Assembly: GCF_040938485.1 (NCBI RefSeq)
Contig: NW_027272134.1
Location: forward strand, 806,001 to 870,000
Length of the DNA: 64,000 nucleotides
Source: Diadema antillarum
Lineage: Eukaryota
Direction of reading: 5' to 3'
Shown: one piece after another, positions 62,098 through 64,000 of the stretch
Layout of the letters: each line of letters begins with the position of its first letter
Numbering within the stretch: position 1 is the stretch's first letter
Translations under genes and position numbers: made by a program
Notes under the pieces: generated by a model
What the model was told of the DNA's origin: nothing
The model's database searches: none
Seen by the model: only the letters and a program-made list of their open reading frames with translations

Positions 62098-62933
62098 TAA
62101 CACTCAAAATCATGCTTGTAATGATCAAGCAAACACAAAAGAAAAAATAATACACCCTAAAACTAATGGAATAAGTGGCTTCAACCCTTCAAAAAATATA
62201 ACAATATCAGCACATTCCCTTCAAATCACATTTTAGTTATCAACAGCATACTGGGTCCATCAGTAGAAAGGCTAATGAATTTTGATATTTGACAATCATG
62301 GAAATTAATCTTGTATTGCTCTCACTTCACTAATCAAAATGTAATTTGCAATATGTACCTCTTGGCCCCATGATATATGAAATATCCTGCAATTTTGCTT
62401 ATTAAAATGTGCTTACTTTGAAAGAAGGCTTCAAGAGTGACACATTTCTCGTCAGATAATTCATATCTAGATTTGAATATACATTCCATTTGCACTGTGG
62501 ATACAGCTATATCTTGTCTACTCATTTGTTTTTTGTTATTTTTTTTTTAATGTGTGATATTTCACTGAGGTTGGATTTACATCACTAATGTGTGATATCC
62601 CTAACATATTGGCACATCTCCAGGGAAATTCTCATTATCTCTTTTTTTTAAAATCAAAACGGAAAGCCCTCGAAAGAAAGTAGACAAATATCTGACAGCA
62701 GTTTTCACAACAACAAGCCCTTGAAAATGTCAATTCAGAAAATCTCTGTGACATTCACACTGGGCTGGCTCAACTCCAAAATTACTTGTCAGTGACTGAC
62801 TTTGATGATAGTGGATCTACAAAGGATTTTATACGCTGGGATTGTGCGAATGCTCATGTAGTTCAAAAACTTTGGCTTGAAACCTCAAAGTTACAGCCGT
62901 AAGTGCATGCTCTTCACCACAAGATTTCATGAT

Positions 62934-63129
62934 CACTGTAAAAGTGGAAATTTTCGCGCATTTTGCACAACCAGACACTAGCGCAAAAATAAAAGCTCGC
63001 GAATACTTTTGCTTGCTTTATGTTGCAGTAGCGCATGTCTTGACTCTGCGGAATCAAAAACATGCTAAACCAATCTTACCTGGCCAAGTGCAAAAAATTA
63101 CACACACAAAAATATCCACTTTCACAGTA
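62934..63129. mobile_element. CACTGTAAAAGTGGA...TCCACTTTCACAGTA MITE
   Basis: TIRs as in 28601-28759. Confidence 0.75.
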
Positions 63130-63639
63130 GTTTGATTAGTTTAGAAGTCATGGATAGTTTGATAACAGGGATTCCCCCCCCCCACAACATCATAACTTTA
63201 GTGCCAAGTGTGAACACAGCCATCTAGGAGCTCTTTGTCAAGCCCCATATTTGATTATGTGCAAATGCTTTGTAACTCTTTGCAGAAGAACATATTGGCC
63301 ATTTACCACTCACACCAAAATACTGTGATCCTTCAAGATTCAAGCAGATTCACTTTCAGTCTTTCCAATGCGAACACAAATCTTCTAATCACCAAAGAAC
63401 ATGTACACGTATGCACATGAAGATTTTTAGCCTTGTGTGTGTGAATTTGTGCACTGTCACAGTGTCTTCATGTGGGACATACATGCATCAACACTTGTGA
63501 TGACATCTCAAATCGGAGATGGATAAGCAGTCAGTACATGATCAATCTACAGTGAGCTTTTGAAGCATCAAAAATATTTTCAAGAAGTGAAAAGAGGACT
63601 AAAACCTTGTCAAATTTAATTTTTGAGGTGTTTGCACTC

Positions 63640-63763
63640 GAGAATGGCCCTATATGAACTACTGTATGTTAAACTCTGCATTGAAAATTTGAGCCAAAAC
63701 TTTGACACGTCATACCAACATCAAATGCAATCTTGGATGGATTCAGCAGAAAGGGCCATTCTC
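63640..63763. mobile_element. 124-bp Sola2-like MITE
   Basis: actc|GAGAATGGCCCT ... AGGGCCATTCTC|actc: 4-bp target duplication and GAG...CTC termini. Confidence 0.7.
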
Positions 63764-64000
63764 ACTCGCGTAACCTGAAAACTAAGTTTACCCAAACCTA
63801 GCTACCCAAACCACACTCACCTAAAATATTTTGGTGTTGAAAGGCACTATGCAAAAGAGGTTACACATCCATCCTGAAAAAAAAAAAAAATCCTTTACCT
63901 ATGTCTGAAAGTTTATATTTAGAAGTAAGTGTTAACAGTCCTCGCATCGACTTTTCCATTCAGCGGTTTGCATGAATTCTCTCCCTCTTCATTTCCGAAC

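Overview
Eukaryotic, AT-rich animal genomic DNA from a draft scaffold with three N gaps. The repeat landscape and many poly-G/poly-C runs suggest an invertebrate deuterostome such as a sea urchin; this is inference only. The main feature is a multi-exon Deltex (WWE + RING-H2 + DTC E3 ligase, Notch pathway) gene on the minus strand. I traced nine phase-compatible coding exons from 36541 to the stop at 18666; one is cut by a gap. The exon for the first WWE domain was not found and probably lies beyond the window. The introns and presumed long 3'UTR hold many non-autonomous DNA transposons (TA-flanked MITEs and Kolobok-, piggyBac-, Harbinger-, hAT-, Sola- and Helentron/DINE-like elements), a tRNA-derived SINE head, hairpins and pyrimidine-rich minisatellites. 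The first ~9.5 kb looks CpG-richer and contains a chain of small phase-compatible exons on the plus strand that may be an unannotated gene. I found no prokaryotic-type system. The most novel leads are that candidate gene, an intronic promoter-like CpG island, a possible cassette exon and several unusual inverted-repeat structures.
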